The notes: generated from the sequence alone by a model not told the origin. A stretch of 64,000 bases of DNA from Lytechinus pictus (GCF_037042905.1 NC_087246.1:23064001-23128000), one strand, 5' to 3'. Shown: positions 1-14,561, numbered from the stretch's first letter. A program made the numbers and translations.

Positions 1-117
1 TTGTTCGTAAATATATCCCGATGTAACTTGATTTTTTTAGGACAAATTGAACATGCATGCATGCCATTAATTTACTTTTGAAAATAGTTATGAATTGTTT
101 GTTCATGCAACAGACGT

Positions 118-312
118 TCCCTCCTCTTCATCAACTTCTTCCTTTCCTTCTTTCCTTTTCTTCTTTCCCCTCTTTTTCTCCTTCTTCAACACCATCCTTC
201 TTCATCTTCTTCTTCCTTTTCTCTTCTTCATCTTCTCCGTCTTCATCTTTTTCCTATTTGTGTTCTTTTTCTTCTTTCCTTTATTCTCCTACTCCCATTT
301 TCTTTATCCTTC
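118..312. repeat. Pyrimidine-rich (TTC/CTT-like) low-complexity tract
   Basis: Almost pure C/T sequence with degenerate TTC repeats; explains the Phe/Ser-rich ORFs 57..338 and 95..409. Confidence 0.85.
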
Positions 313-3107
313 TTTGTATACTCAAATATTTGCCATGAAATGTCGCCAAAAATATTGTATATGTGAATGTATAGAATGTTCACTACTGTACTTATATAAC
401 TATTTTTGAAAATATTTATAATGTTCTTGGTTTTTGTCTCCTCTTTATTCTCTCTGACCTCCCTCTATTCCCCCCTGTCTCATGTTTCTCATTCTGCAAT
501 ACATTTCTACTTCTATCCCCTGCTCCCTCACTTTTATTTCTGTTATCTATCCTTTGGTATTAAAGAAATAAATATATCTCCATGTAAATTGATTCCATAA
601 TGCCATTCAATCATTATTAAAGCCAAAAATTATATTTACTGTACTTCTGTTTTTTGTACTTTGTATTGATATTGTAAATTATCCATTCAGCTCTGCTGAT
701 GGTCAATTTATGTGCATATACCAATAATTACAAAAATAAATTATAAAATAAAAAATGTATTCTACTATGCAACATTTCGTTATCTTATTTTACGATTTTT
801 CGTTTTCTCGCTCGAATTACAAGCGCGCAGGCATTCATCCAGATTTCGAAAGTTATTTTTTGAATAATTTTTTTAAAGAATGTTACCTATATGATTATGT
901 ATAAATTTCTTCTGAAATTGAATATACACGGTCGCTAATTTTCGAAACATCTTACGATCAAAGTAATTCGCATCCAATGATACTTGAAAATGAAAGAGTA
1001 TTTGTGCATAATTTAAAAATCATTCTACCCTTGACCATTTTTTAAGATAGTAAATTGATGTCGGTTGATTGTGGCTGTTCTAAATTTATCAAATTTATTC
1101 TTATTTTGACAGAAAATGAGGTAGACTGGTCAGTAGTTCATCATCTTATCTATACGAAATAATATGAAACGCCCTTTTGATCAGATAACCTGTAATAAGA
1201 TTTGAAACCTACATTTCACTGGACAACTTCATGTAATGGAGATCTAATACATGTAAACTGTTTCAGACATGCTATGGCTCCAATTCTTTCCCTTTTTTTA
1301 GCTATGCTAAATTCGCTTTGTCAGCATTCTTAGCCTCGTTGTTTTAACGAGAGACGATAGAAAAATATCATATAGACATGTGGAAAATTATTGTCCATAT
1401 TACACTGTACGAATGGATAACCCCTAACTTAAAACTTGGAACTCTCGAACCCATCGCATTAACGTTATACACGACTTTACTTCTTATCTTTATTTTCAAA
1501 GACCACATGCAGTTTATGTATCTGCAAAAAAAAATGTGTTACAAAAAATGACACAGTTATATTTCAACCTGGCTATTGATTTTTTTCTTAAAGGTTTGTC
1601 TGAAATAAAATGACGACACCTTCAGAGTGTCATACAGAATCCTTCGATACCTAACCAGTTAGGTCTATGATCTAACCGTAATAATGACATCAACTATTGC
1701 CTGCTTTGGAATTCCTCTCACGTATCAAGCCTACAGTCCCACAGCAAACACAATTAGTAATGGAAAGGATCAAACATGATCAAGTCTAAGCCGTGGTCGA
1801 ACACGTGTTGCACTTGGCATCAGATTTCTCCCTCCTTCAATGAAATGCGATCGATTCAATTTCGATCTTTCATGTTTGATGAGTCGTCTGTCAAAATGTC
1901 ATACAGTCCATCGTTTGATATCGATTTTCCCTTTCTTTCTTTTTTGGCGGGAAACGTTAAAGCTAACATATCTTAAAACACTGACGAGGTCCTCTGAGTC
2001 TGAAGAAGGTACTTAGTATAACCTGTACCAATATTTATGCAGCGTTAGGATATGTTGGTGCACAATGACAACGTACTCGAGCCTTGCTCGCCGATAAGTG
2101 TTTGATCTTACGGAGATTTGCGTCCAAATTGAATTTCGATCCTTTTGCAATCGGGCATGAAATCGATAGTTTTTGCATCGAGACGTGTTGTGATTCTATG
2201 ATTATTACGTGAACCCTAGTGTGGTTAGTAACCAGTCATAACAGCAGGAGAGTAGAAGGACTGTGGTTTAATAATTGTATAATCCTGCTGTAAACTATAG
2301 AAGGTCACGTATATTCAAATCCCAGGTGAAACTTAATGATTATCATGTTGCCAAAAGAATGACTACATAAACATAACAAAATAATATCCTACATCACTCT
2401 ATATTAATTACTGGTTTAAAAAAGAAACAATCACTTCGCCTAAAAAGCATTGCGATGCTTTCATATGATTTAATTAGACCGGTTTCGGGAAGAAATTCCA
2501 TAACACGTTTATTCCGACAATCTTGTATAATTCACTCCCTCGTGTCAGTCCATGGCACAGTTTTCTTTGCAAGATGAATATTACTTTGTAAATGTATACA
2601 GCATGAACATTCGGCTAGGAAATTCAATTCAATTGGATCGGCGGTGTTCTTGATGTTACAAATGGACATAGAAAATTAACTCAGTGACGTTTTCATTGAC
2701 CTACGAAAAGGGGGCAAAAATGGATTTGGAATTCACGAGTGAAAAGTAGGTCGGAGAGCAGTGTTTCGACACTCTTTCAACCTAAATGCATGAAAAATAA
2801 TATGCGAATAATATTAAGCATAAAGCGCATGTGACATTGCGCTTTCCAGGGGGTGGGGAGACCCAACAGAGAATCCCAACTAAAAATAAGTTCGTAACCT
2901 GACTCTATGCCAGTTGTATAAGGGTTTATGTTTATTAACGAACCCTGCAGGCGAAATCAATTTAATCGCAAATATTAATGATAGTATTTCCACACTAACG
3001 AGATATATGTAATGTGTTGTATATTTCTTGGTTGGTTGATACCTATACGCATGATAACATTTGGTTGAAATAGGCCCTATTCAATTTCCTTACGATGTGT
3101 TGAAGGT

Positions 3108-3398
3108 GAATCAAGTGAAGCGGTGGTCCTGACTGTCGCCGTTCAGTCAGAGGGTCGTGGATTCGAATCCTACTACAGGTGTTAATTCCTTCATCAACAT
3201 ATTTCTCCACATTGGGTGCTCTCTACCCAAGCGAGGTGAATGGGTACCTGGTAGGAATTTTTTTCCTTGAACGCTTTAGTGCGTAATCATGACGACTCAG
3301 TTTTAGAGAAGGTAATGGTACGATACCAAGTATATTAGATTGTATCTGCGCTTTCCACATTTTGATAAATCGCAGTTTGGCCCGTTTATAAAAACATA
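3108..3398 (+). mobile_element. Degraded tRNA-derived SINE, related to the 45512 SINE
   Basis: B-box-like GGATTCGAATCC (3159-3170) preceded by CAGAGGGTCGTG as in the 45512 copy; core ACCCAAGCGAGGTGAATGGGTACCTGGTAGGA matches ACCCAGGTGCTAAATGGGTACCCGGTAGGA there; decayed GCGCTTT...TTTATAAAAA tail. Confidence 0.75.
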
Positions 3399-5697
3399 GA
3401 CGTTGTATATTTCACTCACCGGTCTAATCAATTCACATTGCACCTTTATACAGATTCCCCCGAAATAAAACATGTATTACACTGTGAACTATTTTCGAGG
3501 AAATTGTATCGTAATATTCAAAATAATACTACTTGGTACTTTAATATCTACTGTAGATAGCATGTGTTTTAATACTGCCCTTCCACATTCATAGATTCCA
3601 AACGGAAAAAAAAGATTAATTACGTGATCACTCTTAGCCAATCAAACTGCAGCACTTTGAGTATGTAGGATATATCAGAACATAGTATGACATGTTAACA
3701 TCTACTCTAGATAGTAGACATGTTATTCATTCGGATATTTTATAAATCTTGAAAATTCATATATTTTGCTGTCATATTTCAAGACGTAAAGTAAGTCGTT
3801 GATCCGTTACTCCCAATGGTGTTTTAATTGCTCTTTTAAAATATTTTTGTTAAAGTGTATACATGTACATCTAACTTTGATAGAAAGTTTGTATCATATT
3901 TTGATAAAGAGACCCTATAATTAAAAATAAATAAGGGGACAGAGAATAAATAATCAGTTATTCTCTTTTATTATTTGATCAAGGACGCCATAAATTCGGG
4001 GGACTTTAGATATTAGATTCGATTATTGTTTCATGATAATCTCATTGATCTCGTTTTTTTTCAAATTGGCTGGTTTCCTTTTTGTAAGTCAAGAAACTTC
4101 AATAACAGATAAGTTTTAGAAGAAAGACAAATTGTACGAACCCAAAACATCAATCTTTCTTGAAGTGATACCAGGTCTAATACAAGACATGCTTAAATGA
4201 GAATAATGCATTGGCGACACTGATATACCTGATATTGTGCTATTACTAAAGCAATACTTAAGTAGTATTACGTTTCTTCTTATTCATCTATTATTATCTT
4301 TCTCTCTCTTATTCTTTATCTCTTTCTACCCCCCTCTCTGTGTGTTTTATGTCAATGCATTATTCTCCTTTAAGCATGTCTTGTATTAAACCTGATATCA
4401 CTTCATGTCTTTATGTCTCTCACTCTTCCTTTTCCTTTTCTTTTCTTTTTTCCATCTCATCTAACAGCTATTCCAATTTTTCACTTTGTAAGACAATACA
4501 TGGCGTCATTAAGCGCACGTCTTTGTCATACAACTCTGAAGGTCACGTTTAAGGACGATTTGTCAGAAAGATAATGGCCCGTGCACGATCCGGGTACTTG
4601 TCTCTTGATATTTCAAGTGGTTATCAATTTCACATTATCTCCTCTTTCCGTTACGCCCCATTCTCCGTGTACATCCCACCCCGGCCTTGCCGTGAGAGAT
4701 GTGTTAACAGTCTGCGCCCAGATCCATTGGGAGTGCTTGCTGTTTATCTTTTACGCGGGAAAATCTCAATCATGAATATTCAAGGCGCAGACAGAGCTGG
4801 AAGGGGGGTGGAACGCATCGATAAATAGACACACGAATGACTGGGATTTCATACAACCTCAAGGTACTTGGACTATTATTTTAGAGGCCTTCGCGCCTAA
4901 GAAGGTCGACGGCCATTGTATATTATTTCTGAAAATCCCATCTAGACTCAAGGCGAACTATCAATCATAAAGGAAAATAAAAGACAGGAAGAATGAAGTA
5001 CATAATTTGACAAAAGCAGGTGTCATCGATATAATGTTTAGACTTTCCTGTCAAAAATTTACGATCCTCATCTCCTCTTCAGAATTTTTTTATTTCTTAA
5101 TGAAATTTAATATGACAATAAGGCCAGTCGAACGTTTTAATCATTAAATTATCAAGGGCAGCACATTCTACTAAATAAGTGTTTTTATGATTTTGTCAGT
5201 CCCGACTCTTAGAATGATTTGTAACAAAGTGATGGCCAAATTTGATTCCCTTTTTAAACCAAATACAAAATGATTTAACTCATTACAATTTCCTTCCATT
5301 GATCAACTGATTTATAACACATGAAATATAGTTAACAAGTAGGCCTACTCTATAAGTTTAGAGTAGACTTGTAGCTAGATTTCGAACTATTTGTGAACGA
5401 TTTGAATTTGATAATTTAATATGTTGTCAAACTTCACAATACTGATCACTCCCATTAACAAAACATTAACAAACAATTATGGAAAGGAAATGCGACTGCA
5501 CTTATGTTCATTAATTTTGGCTAATGACTTCATATTTCTAAAATGTTTTTTTTTTATTTCTAGACATATATTTACATATTTATTTAAATTGAGATTTATT
5601 TTGTATATTCTCTTTTACTGGTATTTATTATGTGCCATCCCACTCTTATATTTCCCTTTACAGCTTCATCTATCTTTTTTGTTGTATTTCTTTTTCA

Positions 5698-5910
5698 AAT
5701 TCCCTATGGTCACATCGAGTTACCAATGCCGTTTTTAAGTGGCTGAAATAACAAGTGATTCAGGCGCAGCTGAGCAAGGAGCTACCCGTTCGCTTCGCCG
5801 AAAGTGTCGGCATCGACAACTTCAAGCTCAGGCCTCACGCGGCCATCTAAATCCAATTATTTACCCACCAGAACGCTCACTCAAGGTTCTTATTTCACAC
5901 TTAACTGGTA
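5698..5910 (+). mobile_element. Possible 3' relic of a LINE (end of ORF2 plus 3' UTR)
   Basis: One frame reads ...SHRVTNA...ELPVRFAESVGIDNFKLRPHAAI* with one internal stop, loosely resembling the WNxLP...SxxxFKxxL terminus of CR1/L2-group ORF2. Weak. Confidence 0.25.
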
Positions 5911-7874
5911 GGTAAAGGAGCGATTTTGTAAGAGGGAGGGGTGACGAAGGGGTAAATGAGTGGTGCGAGATGTTTGGTTAACACCAGCCCTTTTACATGT
6001 GTTTTAGTACGACTGATTGTGTTGTAGAGCATCTTCGTTTCGTTCTGTCACTCCTCACATTAATTTACTTACAGTTAGAGCCATACACAAAGATATTAAA
6101 CAGTTAAAGGAATTAATTTTATATTATTGGTATATTTCCCATTCTTCGGAGGTCGTTTAAGAGAACGTCGACAAAGGTGAATCGGAAGTTGGATTGAAGT
6201 AATAAAGATGGTTTTGAATGAGGAGGATATAGGCATGGGGGGGGGGGAGAAAATCAGACGAATATGGGGCTACCCCTCTTTAAACAAGTTTGTGCGTTCT
6301 CGAATATTAAAGATAATAAATAGTCTTGAGACGATGAGAGAAATCACTGGAAAAGGGGTAATTAAGAGAGGGGAAGTCTCCAGTTTGGCGTATAAAAGGT
6401 ATATATTTTAATTCATTTTGAAATGACTAGTAAACTAATCCGTTATCTAGAGATGCCAAATTAATTATATGTTAATCAACTTATTAAAAAAGTCAAAACT
6501 TCTATTGTTTTTGTAAGTCAACATAGTGTCATTCATTAGAGATGATGATAAAAACCATGCCAAGTCAAATATGAATTGCAGTCACTGGTCGAAATGGCGA
6601 CGATCCGCGACATTAAGCATATATATTGCCCCGACGGGATACATTAAATACGTTGCTCTTTAAATAACCATATTGATATGATTCTTGAGGGCAATATATT
6701 TGATGTTCCTCCCTAGGCCAGACAATATCATATAATTATTGTTGTTTTATTATCATTATTTGTTTTTTTGACAAATATTGCAAATCAAAATTATATAAAC
6801 TACTAAAATCGTGCAGTTTGATTGGTTGAATTGATATTTTTGAGAAAAAAGTTAGTGTATGAAAACAGCACCCATCCTGACAAGACAGGTGCAACTATTT
6901 AAAAACTTAAAGCTCGAAAATCGAGGCAGACATAGAGAGAGAGAGAGAAGGGAAGGGGGAGAGGGGAACTTTCCCGATGGAATTCAACGAGGTAAACGAT
7001 AATTTCGATCTCATGACTCATTACATGTTCAGTGGTTCCGCTGCTTCCCTCTAAACAATCAGTGAGGCATAACGTAACCTGTTAAGAAACATCATGGAGT
7101 AGCATCCAGTTCCTTAGGGTTTTGTGCAGTTCATGATAAAGGATACATAGCTTTAAGCTGAAGCATGTTTTATATAATAATGTAAAGTTAGATAAACTCC
7201 CCGTTTCCGGAAATTTGGAATGGTTTGTGGCGATAAGTTTAGCTAACCACCTCCATTCTCACACGTTACTTTTTTACTGAACAATAAAAATCCATGCAAT
7301 GCTGTAAAAATGCGATTCAAAAATGAAAAAGGCCTCCGCCTGAAGCATTTTTCAGTTTTAGCTTATTTCACCTTTTGGCAAAAAAATGATATGAGCACAG
7401 TATTGCATGGATCAATTTCTGTTGATGAGCGTTTTATGGATAGCAGAACTCTGTAAAGCTCTGACTTCGAAAGGGTATACATCGGCGAGGAGTAGCTCTT
7501 CGTCAAGAATATCAGTGATGGAAACCCTTTTAAGGGCTGTAATTAAACTGTTTACGAGTCTTCCTGAATCAACTACTCCTGGTCGCCATCGGGTGAAGGA
7601 GATATCTTCCTTTTATGCCATTGACGACGATGGAAGATGGAGGGGGAAATATAAATGAAGGGACAGAATGAATACACATGAACGGAGGGAAGAAGTATGA
7701 TGCAGAATATAAGAGATGGAGAATGAAAAGGGAAAAAAAGAGTTAGGAGTGAGAGTAAGATGGTAAATGAGTGAATGATGGTGATAATGAAAAAAAAAGG
7801 GATAGACATGAGTTAAACAGTGAGAAAAAAAGGATTGAACAGATAGAAAGTGGGAGCGAGAAAGAAAGAGAGAG

Positions 7875-8071
7875 CACCCTAAAAACAGAGAGTGCAAAGT
7901 TACCCAATATTGGATAGAAAGTGAACAGGCATGTTTGCTGGGTAATTTTTCCCCAATATTAAATTTCAACGGGACATTGCGTAAAATTTACAAAATATTT
8001 AGTATGTTTTTACCCAACGAACAAGCATGTTCCCATTTTACCCAATATTGGGTACAACTTTTTTTAGAGTG
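7875..8071 (+). mobile_element. MITE with CAC...GTG ends and 2-bp TSD (CMC/EnSpm-like), family A
   Basis: Ends CACCCTAAAAA / TTTTTAGAGTG; AG on both flanks; internal TACCCAATATTGG repeats; homologous to 61633-61834 and 62738-62916. Confidence 0.8.
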
Positions 8072-8199
8072 AGAGAGAGAGAGGGAGAGAGAGAGGTAAA
8101 TGGAGAGAGATGGGGGTGGAGTGATGTTTGATTGTGACACAGAAGGAATTATATTTTTTTAGAGTTTCGTTTTGCTTTAAAAAGGAATATACAATATTC

Positions 8200-8823
8200 T
8201 ACCGTGTGAGTAAAAAGAAAATTGACATCTCATAAATCCATAATTCAAGGAAAAAATATTCCATCAACAAATAATAATTATATAGAGCTGGAAAGAATAT
8301 TATCTCCAAAATAATTTGAAACCACATTTATGTGGTATGTCTACAGGCTTGGATAATCAGTAGGTGTTATTTGCAATGATGAAGGTTTTGATTTGTGCCA
8401 AGTAAGGTGAGATGACTGCAATGGATGAATCCAGATGCCAATGATGTCGTAATCCTACATGAACTTAAGGATTTATACTAAAAAGTGTTAATTAAACAGT
8501 TATAACATGTATAATGTAAAATATTGAAAAGGTGTTTTGAAATGGATTTTAAATGTAACCCTTATAGGATTATGACATCATTGACATCTGAATTCATTCA
8601 TTGCAGTCATGCATGCTTGACTTTGGCACAAATCAAGCTTTACATCACTGCAACGAACACCTCCTGATCATCAAAGCGTTAAGACTTACAACATAAATAT
8701 GGTATCAAATTATTTGGGAGAACAAAACTCTTTCAGGCCATATAATAATTATGTGTTCTCGACATGTGTTTTCTTAGATTGGGGATTTATGATGTGTCAA
8801 TGTTTGTTTTACTCACACGGGTA
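8200..8823. mobile_element. Long foldback MITE (~260-bp imperfect arms), possibly Tc1/mariner-derived
   Basis: Left arm TACCGTGTGAGTAAAAAGAAAATTGACATCTCATAAATCC... pairs with right arm ...GGATTTATGATGTGTCAATGTTTGTTTTACTCACACGGGTA; arms remain alignable inward to ~8460 and ~8563; TA at the ends. Confidence 0.85.
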
Positions 8824-10608
8824 TAATCCATGAAAGCGCATACCCATAATTGAATATTTATATTTATATATATAACTCTCACTCGTAAGATTAGAATGTT
8901 AATTAAAAGCCAAAGGAACAAAACAAAATAAAAAGGCGAATTCTTTACGCGGTTCAAGTAATCTACAGATTTCCAGAGTTCAACCATATTTGCGTTGTAT
9001 CTAACATGCACTACTTCATTTATTACTAGTCTACTCTTCTTTCAATCCTCATCTTTCTTATTCTTTTTATTTTCTTCTTCTTCTTCTTCTTTAGGTACAA
9101 CTTGTTCTCCTTCTCCTACTATCTAATTTTCTTTATCTATCCTATACTCCTTTCGCACCTCTCGCCCCATTTCCATCCCTCAACGCTGCTCAGTATAACC
9201 GATCTTGCAGGTTCCACCCCTTTCCCCTCTCACTCTCTATATACAGAGTAGACCATCGCATACATCTTCATCAGCTACATCAATCGATGGGAATGGTTTT
9301 AGAATCGGGTAAAATGAAAAGAAACCGTCGATGTCCAAATTGACGTTGATAAATAGCGATGCCGGAAATGATGACAACGGCGTGCGGTGGATCTAAAGGA
9401 GGGGTCACCGACATCGACACGGTTTGTTACATCGGTATCGATGAGAACTAAAAAAAAAATCACATTAAAACAAATCTTACCCCATTCCATCTAACAGGGA
9501 AAATCCATTACATTGGGAGAAATGTAAAATAAGCTATTTACCCTTTAAGCTAAAATTGTACGCTTTATTCCTTCATATTCAACTCTCTCTTAATATTTTT
9601 CTTAAGATTTATGAACATCTTTTTGAAAAAAGTCAACTGCCCTGTGATAATATTTACCTATCACAGTTATCACTTTAAATATGTTATCTGAGCACATGAT
9701 TTTAACTACCTAAACAACCCCAGTCATAAAAAGTGGTATTGTATATTCATATAATGATAATCAAACACAGTTTTTGTAATAATAAACGATTTTCTTTGAT
9801 TACCTGATATAATAAGAGCACTGAATACCAACTAACATATAGATATTTCATATAAATCTTGTTTATAGAACCTCAACAATATAATTTAACAGGTATTTCA
9901 GCAATCTGATCGATATATAAATGTATTTTTTCCACAAATATTTCTGCAATAATCATATCGTAGAAACCCAGTTGAAGATACGTTTCACAACAAGAACCCC
10001 CACCCCAATAATTATGAAAACAATATCATAAGGACCATTACTTTAACCTCTCTTTGAATAACAAACGTAATAAAACAGTTCAATTCATTGCTGGAGAAAA
10101 TAATCCCTTCTGCATGGTTTAGAAGGAAGAAATCACCCGTTTAATAAAAAGCAACAACAACAAAAAAGTCACAAATATGTTAAAACCAGAAACCGTGTGC
10201 CTCCGGAACTCGACAATGCAAAGTATTTAACCTTTGGTGCTAAACATTGTTATTCTGATGCTGTTCTTTGTCTATTCACTCCTTTCTCCGCACTCCTTCC
10301 TTGTCTTCCCTCTTCCAACTTTTCTCCCTCCATCCTCTCTCGCTTTCTCTCCTTGTTTATCTCAAGGACACAGGCAAATAACTCTATTCAATTTTGAAAA
10401 ATTAGGCGTCAGTCTGCATTTCGAGAAGTGCGCTCGCGTGTTTTACCGAAAAAGGAGGAGATAAAATGTTACGATGGAGGATATGTCATGCAAAACGAGG
10501 CATCTTGACGGATAAGGATCAAAATTATACAGGTAGAGAGAGGTTTCATATTGAGAATTTAGATACAGGGAGCAGTGGCAAGACATGTTAATACCCATGG
10601 GCATTTGG

Positions 10609-10707
10609 CACTGGCGTAAATCCTTTCGTCACACCTATTGTTCAGGGGGAGATGATCTATTGTTCCACCCCCATTGAATAGCCTGACATCACCGATTTAC
10701 GCCCGTG
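10609..10707. mobile_element. 99-bp hAT-type MITE with perfect 8-bp TSD
   Basis: TIRs CACTGGCGTAAATC / GATTTACGCCCGTG (13/14 match); GCATTTGG duplicated at 10601-10608 and 10708-10715; an 8-bp TSD is characteristic of hAT elements. Confidence 0.9.
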
Positions 10708-13127
10708 GCATTTGGAAGCTGAAGACCACCCCACCATCCAAAAAATATACATATAAATTGAAAAATAAAATCCAAATAAATAAGTAATAACAAATCCTAA
10801 AACATATTGATTTCAATGCAATGTATTATAAACATATGAATTAAAAAACAAAACAAATAAATGATAATGAATACATTTTCTGTGATGTAGAAACATAAAG
10901 ATTCTAATTCTAAAATAAGGTTATCATGAACCACGTACCGGATTTTTGCACCTACCTGTTATTACAGCAGAAAATGGATCCGAGGCCGGCACCCGACCCC
11001 GCCTCGGTTCTAGTCTTGTATTTGGAAGAATAGTGTCATCATTGTTTATGTGGTTGAACGCCAGCTCAATTATATCCAGATCCTTTTGCGATGGATCCTC
11101 CAATAATATTCCTTAAGAAAAGATGATAAGAAAAGGGTGTGGCAATACGATTATCGAAATGGTCTAGACAAAACGTGAAGATACCTCTTTGAAATGTATT
11201 TGGATTTCATCTCACTATCCGCCCTTTCACATAGTAAAAAAAAATCGTAATTTGAATGATGATTCCAGTGAAAAATAAGGCTAATGACGAATTTTAAGCA
11301 CGTGTGAAACCAAACCAGAACATGATTAATACACCGAACGCTAATCATAATCACGAATTCTAATTCGACTCCGGAGGTGAATTCCAGTTAAGTTTCACTC
11401 AAATCACAGTTTTCGAGAGTGTGAAAGGTCCGATGATTCTAAAGACGAGCTGCAATCATCATTACAATGATGATTCAAGATTCACATGTGAAAAGGCCCT
11501 ATATGTCATGGATTGCTGGATTTATTCATTAATATCATCCATTTTGAAGAATTATTTCTCTAATTTCTCTCTTGTGGTACCCCTCTATATTTGTTTCCCC
11601 CCTCTCTCCAGGTCTCACCCCATTTCTCTAAGTTTTTATGTCCCCCCCCCCTCCCCTAACAGCCTCTAAAGACACTACGCCAGGAACAAGTCTTGTCTGA
11701 AGCTGCCAATGTATTGCATTGTGATTACACTCACATCCTTGCGTTAATGGAGTGACCAGTGTGGACATGCTGGGCCTCCAATTTTACGAACCTATAATGG
11801 GCCGTCATTACAAGGGACCTTACCCTTTCATGTGTGAGTATTAAGGGGCTCCATGATAAGATGTGAAAGATGTTTGTGTGTGTGAAAGAGAGATAGGAGA
11901 GAAAGAGGGATAGAGGACAGGGAGAGACAGTGATGAGGGCGCCAGTACTTACATTAGGGGGGAAAGGGCAATAGAAGGATTTGTCAAAGGATGGCAAGGG
12001 GAAAAGAGACTTGTATGATAAAGAAGGGAAGTGAATGTAGTCATGAGAAAAAAGGGAGATTATATAGGCAATAGGGAATGATGTAAAATTCATAATTAAA
12101 CAGAATGATAAATTGTCAATTTTAAAAAGCAAAATCATACTGGGCGACTTTTTTCCATGGAGATATTATCCTTTCCCCGTAAAGATATTTTATTAACTCC
12201 ATGATTTTTTTTTCAGTTTGGTTTATCTCCAGTATAAAGATAGGGTGCGCGCTGTCGTCATGTTGAGTAAGAAAGGTAAAAGATTGATTGCAAAAGAAAA
12301 AACCCTAAAGAGCGACGTTAATGCTTTCAGATGCAAGTTCTCATTTATTGTATAAAGTTATAGACAGACCATAACTTAGAAACGAATCCCTTTAAAATCG
12401 CTACACCACTATATCGTTAAGAAAACTCACAATGCAACCGTCGGAGATTTTTCCGCCATAAAAAATATAAAATCTTTCGAATGTGCCTAACCTTTTATAG
12501 CAAATAACCTACAGACAACTTCACTGATTGCAATTTTTCCTCACCCCTTTCTCAAGTCATTCCGATCGACATTTGACGTCCAAAGTGGATGAGAAGGGTA
12601 GCTGTCGGCTTTTCCGCGTAAAATAACACTCAAATTGCAAAGGCCTTGATTTTTACTGCTACGATGAGGCCCTATGGCTCGTCTGCTCTGGTCGATCAAG
12701 AACAGACCCCCCATCCTTCTCATTCGCTGTCATATGTATCTCTCTCTCATTTCCCTGTCGTTCTCTCTCTCTCTCTCTCTCTTTCTCACACACACATAGA
12801 AAGAGATGAAATAATTGTAGAATATGATGGAATTTATAGATTTTGTAGATTAAAAAAAGATATATATATATCATGGCCTTTCATTAATAGTTTTGCATTT
12901 ATTAAACGCCAATGGACATTTTGTAATCAAAGATAAAGATTTTGACCAGTTGGCGAGATATTTTTATAAAACCTTTTAAGACTGGAACATTGATTGGATA
13001 AATTTTATGATATCCATTATATTGTCCTTTAATCATGTTATCCACTGAGTGGCCGCTCCTCCTCCCCTATACTCCTAGACGAGGCTTGTCATTTATTTTG
13101 ACGCATCTATTGACCCCGGAGCTATTG

Positions 13128-13135
13128 TGACGTCA
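13128..13135. promoter_or_regulatory. Full CRE palindrome TGACGTCA in a CpG-richer unique block
   Basis: Motif seen directly (extended GTGACGTCAC); function is inference only. Confidence 0.25.
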
Positions 13136-14290
13136 CTAAATCTATGTTTCCTTAACATCACGATACTCGAATGCATTTCCGGCGGTTATTTTCGTTTTAA
13201 GAACCGTCCTCACGTCGGTGTGTAACACGAGACGAAACTTCTCAGAACCTAAAGCTAGGTCGTGGTCTGCTTTTAATGGAATAATGATTTCACAAGGCCG
13301 TTTATCTGTGCCATTTTTGCTTCTACATCTTTGACCGAGTTTGGGGCTGTTGAAAAAGAAAGATCGTGCTCCCACTTGAGAGAAAAGGCGTTTGCAATTC
13401 AAATTCCATTAGACCCCTCCCATGTGTGCGTAGGGGTGAATAAACACACCTAGTTCCATTTTTAAAATGGGGGTCTTAAGCTGTGATCAATAATTTGTCC
13501 GGGTGACTGTTTAAATTTCGTTAAAAATCTCAATTTTAAAATAGTTGACTCAGTAAAGGATCCTGATCAGATTTCTTTCACGGAATAGCAAATCGGAATT
13601 TGTCATTAGATTTGATACTTACTGCCATTGAAATATACATTTATTTGCGTTTTCCTTTGTTGTTGTTTTTCCTTTATAATTATTATCGTTTCAAAATCAA
13701 CTCATTATTAAAAGTTTTTAGGAGAAAGCTATCAAATTTTTTTAATGTTCAAGAGTTGGTCGCCTCGGTTATATTTTGACTATTCTTCACTGGTGAATCC
13801 AAGCGACGGTGACAACGGCGCGCACCATACAATTTTCTTTGTTCTTACAATACATTCCTGATATCAAATTAGTGTTTTCTATGTGTCATTTGATACATGA
13901 TACTTTTTAGAACGAAAAGCAAATAACGGAACACGATTCAATCCCAAATCCTCCTTGCATACCTTAGGACTCACCTCTTTCTAAATATGGGCTTGTATTC
14001 AGACTCTAATACAGATGATTTCGACGCATGCCGTATTTTTAACTCGTACCTTTTACAAAATTTCTTCGAATATCTAAATTTTGGGACAACTAAGCTAGGA
14101 GTTAAACAGTTTGAACTACCAAGCATCTGTTTCGTGTATTCGATATACCTTTTTTTTTTTTGGGGGGGGGGGGGGGTTAAATCGAACACATGGAATGAAA
14201 GTACGCATAATATTTTGTTACTTGATCTACAACTACGTCATAGCGATATGATGGTGTACATCTATCTGGATTCACTCACATATATGGGTA

Positions 14291-14561
14291 CACTGTTAAA
14301 AAAAACCCTGATTTTACAGAGAAAAAAGATTTTGCAGAAAGCAATAACAGAATCATTCTGTAAAACAGGAATTTTCCTGCACTTTAACAGAACAGGTCTT
14401 TTTAAAAAGGGGAAAATGTGTTTTATTTAAGGAAATTTGTAAGGTTCCATACACCAAATACCAATTTCCTGTAAGATTACGCAATCTGGTAAGATTACAG
14501 ATGTTCTCGAGACTCTGCTGCAGGAACTTATTTTATTTTAAGGATAAATTTTCGAACAGTG
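14291..14561. mobile_element. MITE with CACTGTT...AACAGTG ends and TA flanks
   Basis: 7-bp perfect terminal inverted repeat, TA on both flanks, internal TTACAG/CTGTAA sub-repeats. Confidence 0.7.

Noticed and set aside
1981-2035. Hammerhead ribozyme (CTGAAGAA-GGTAC...GTACC)
   Set aside because: A stem II is present but the essential GAAA is replaced by AATA, and no stems I/III or cleavage triplet can be built.
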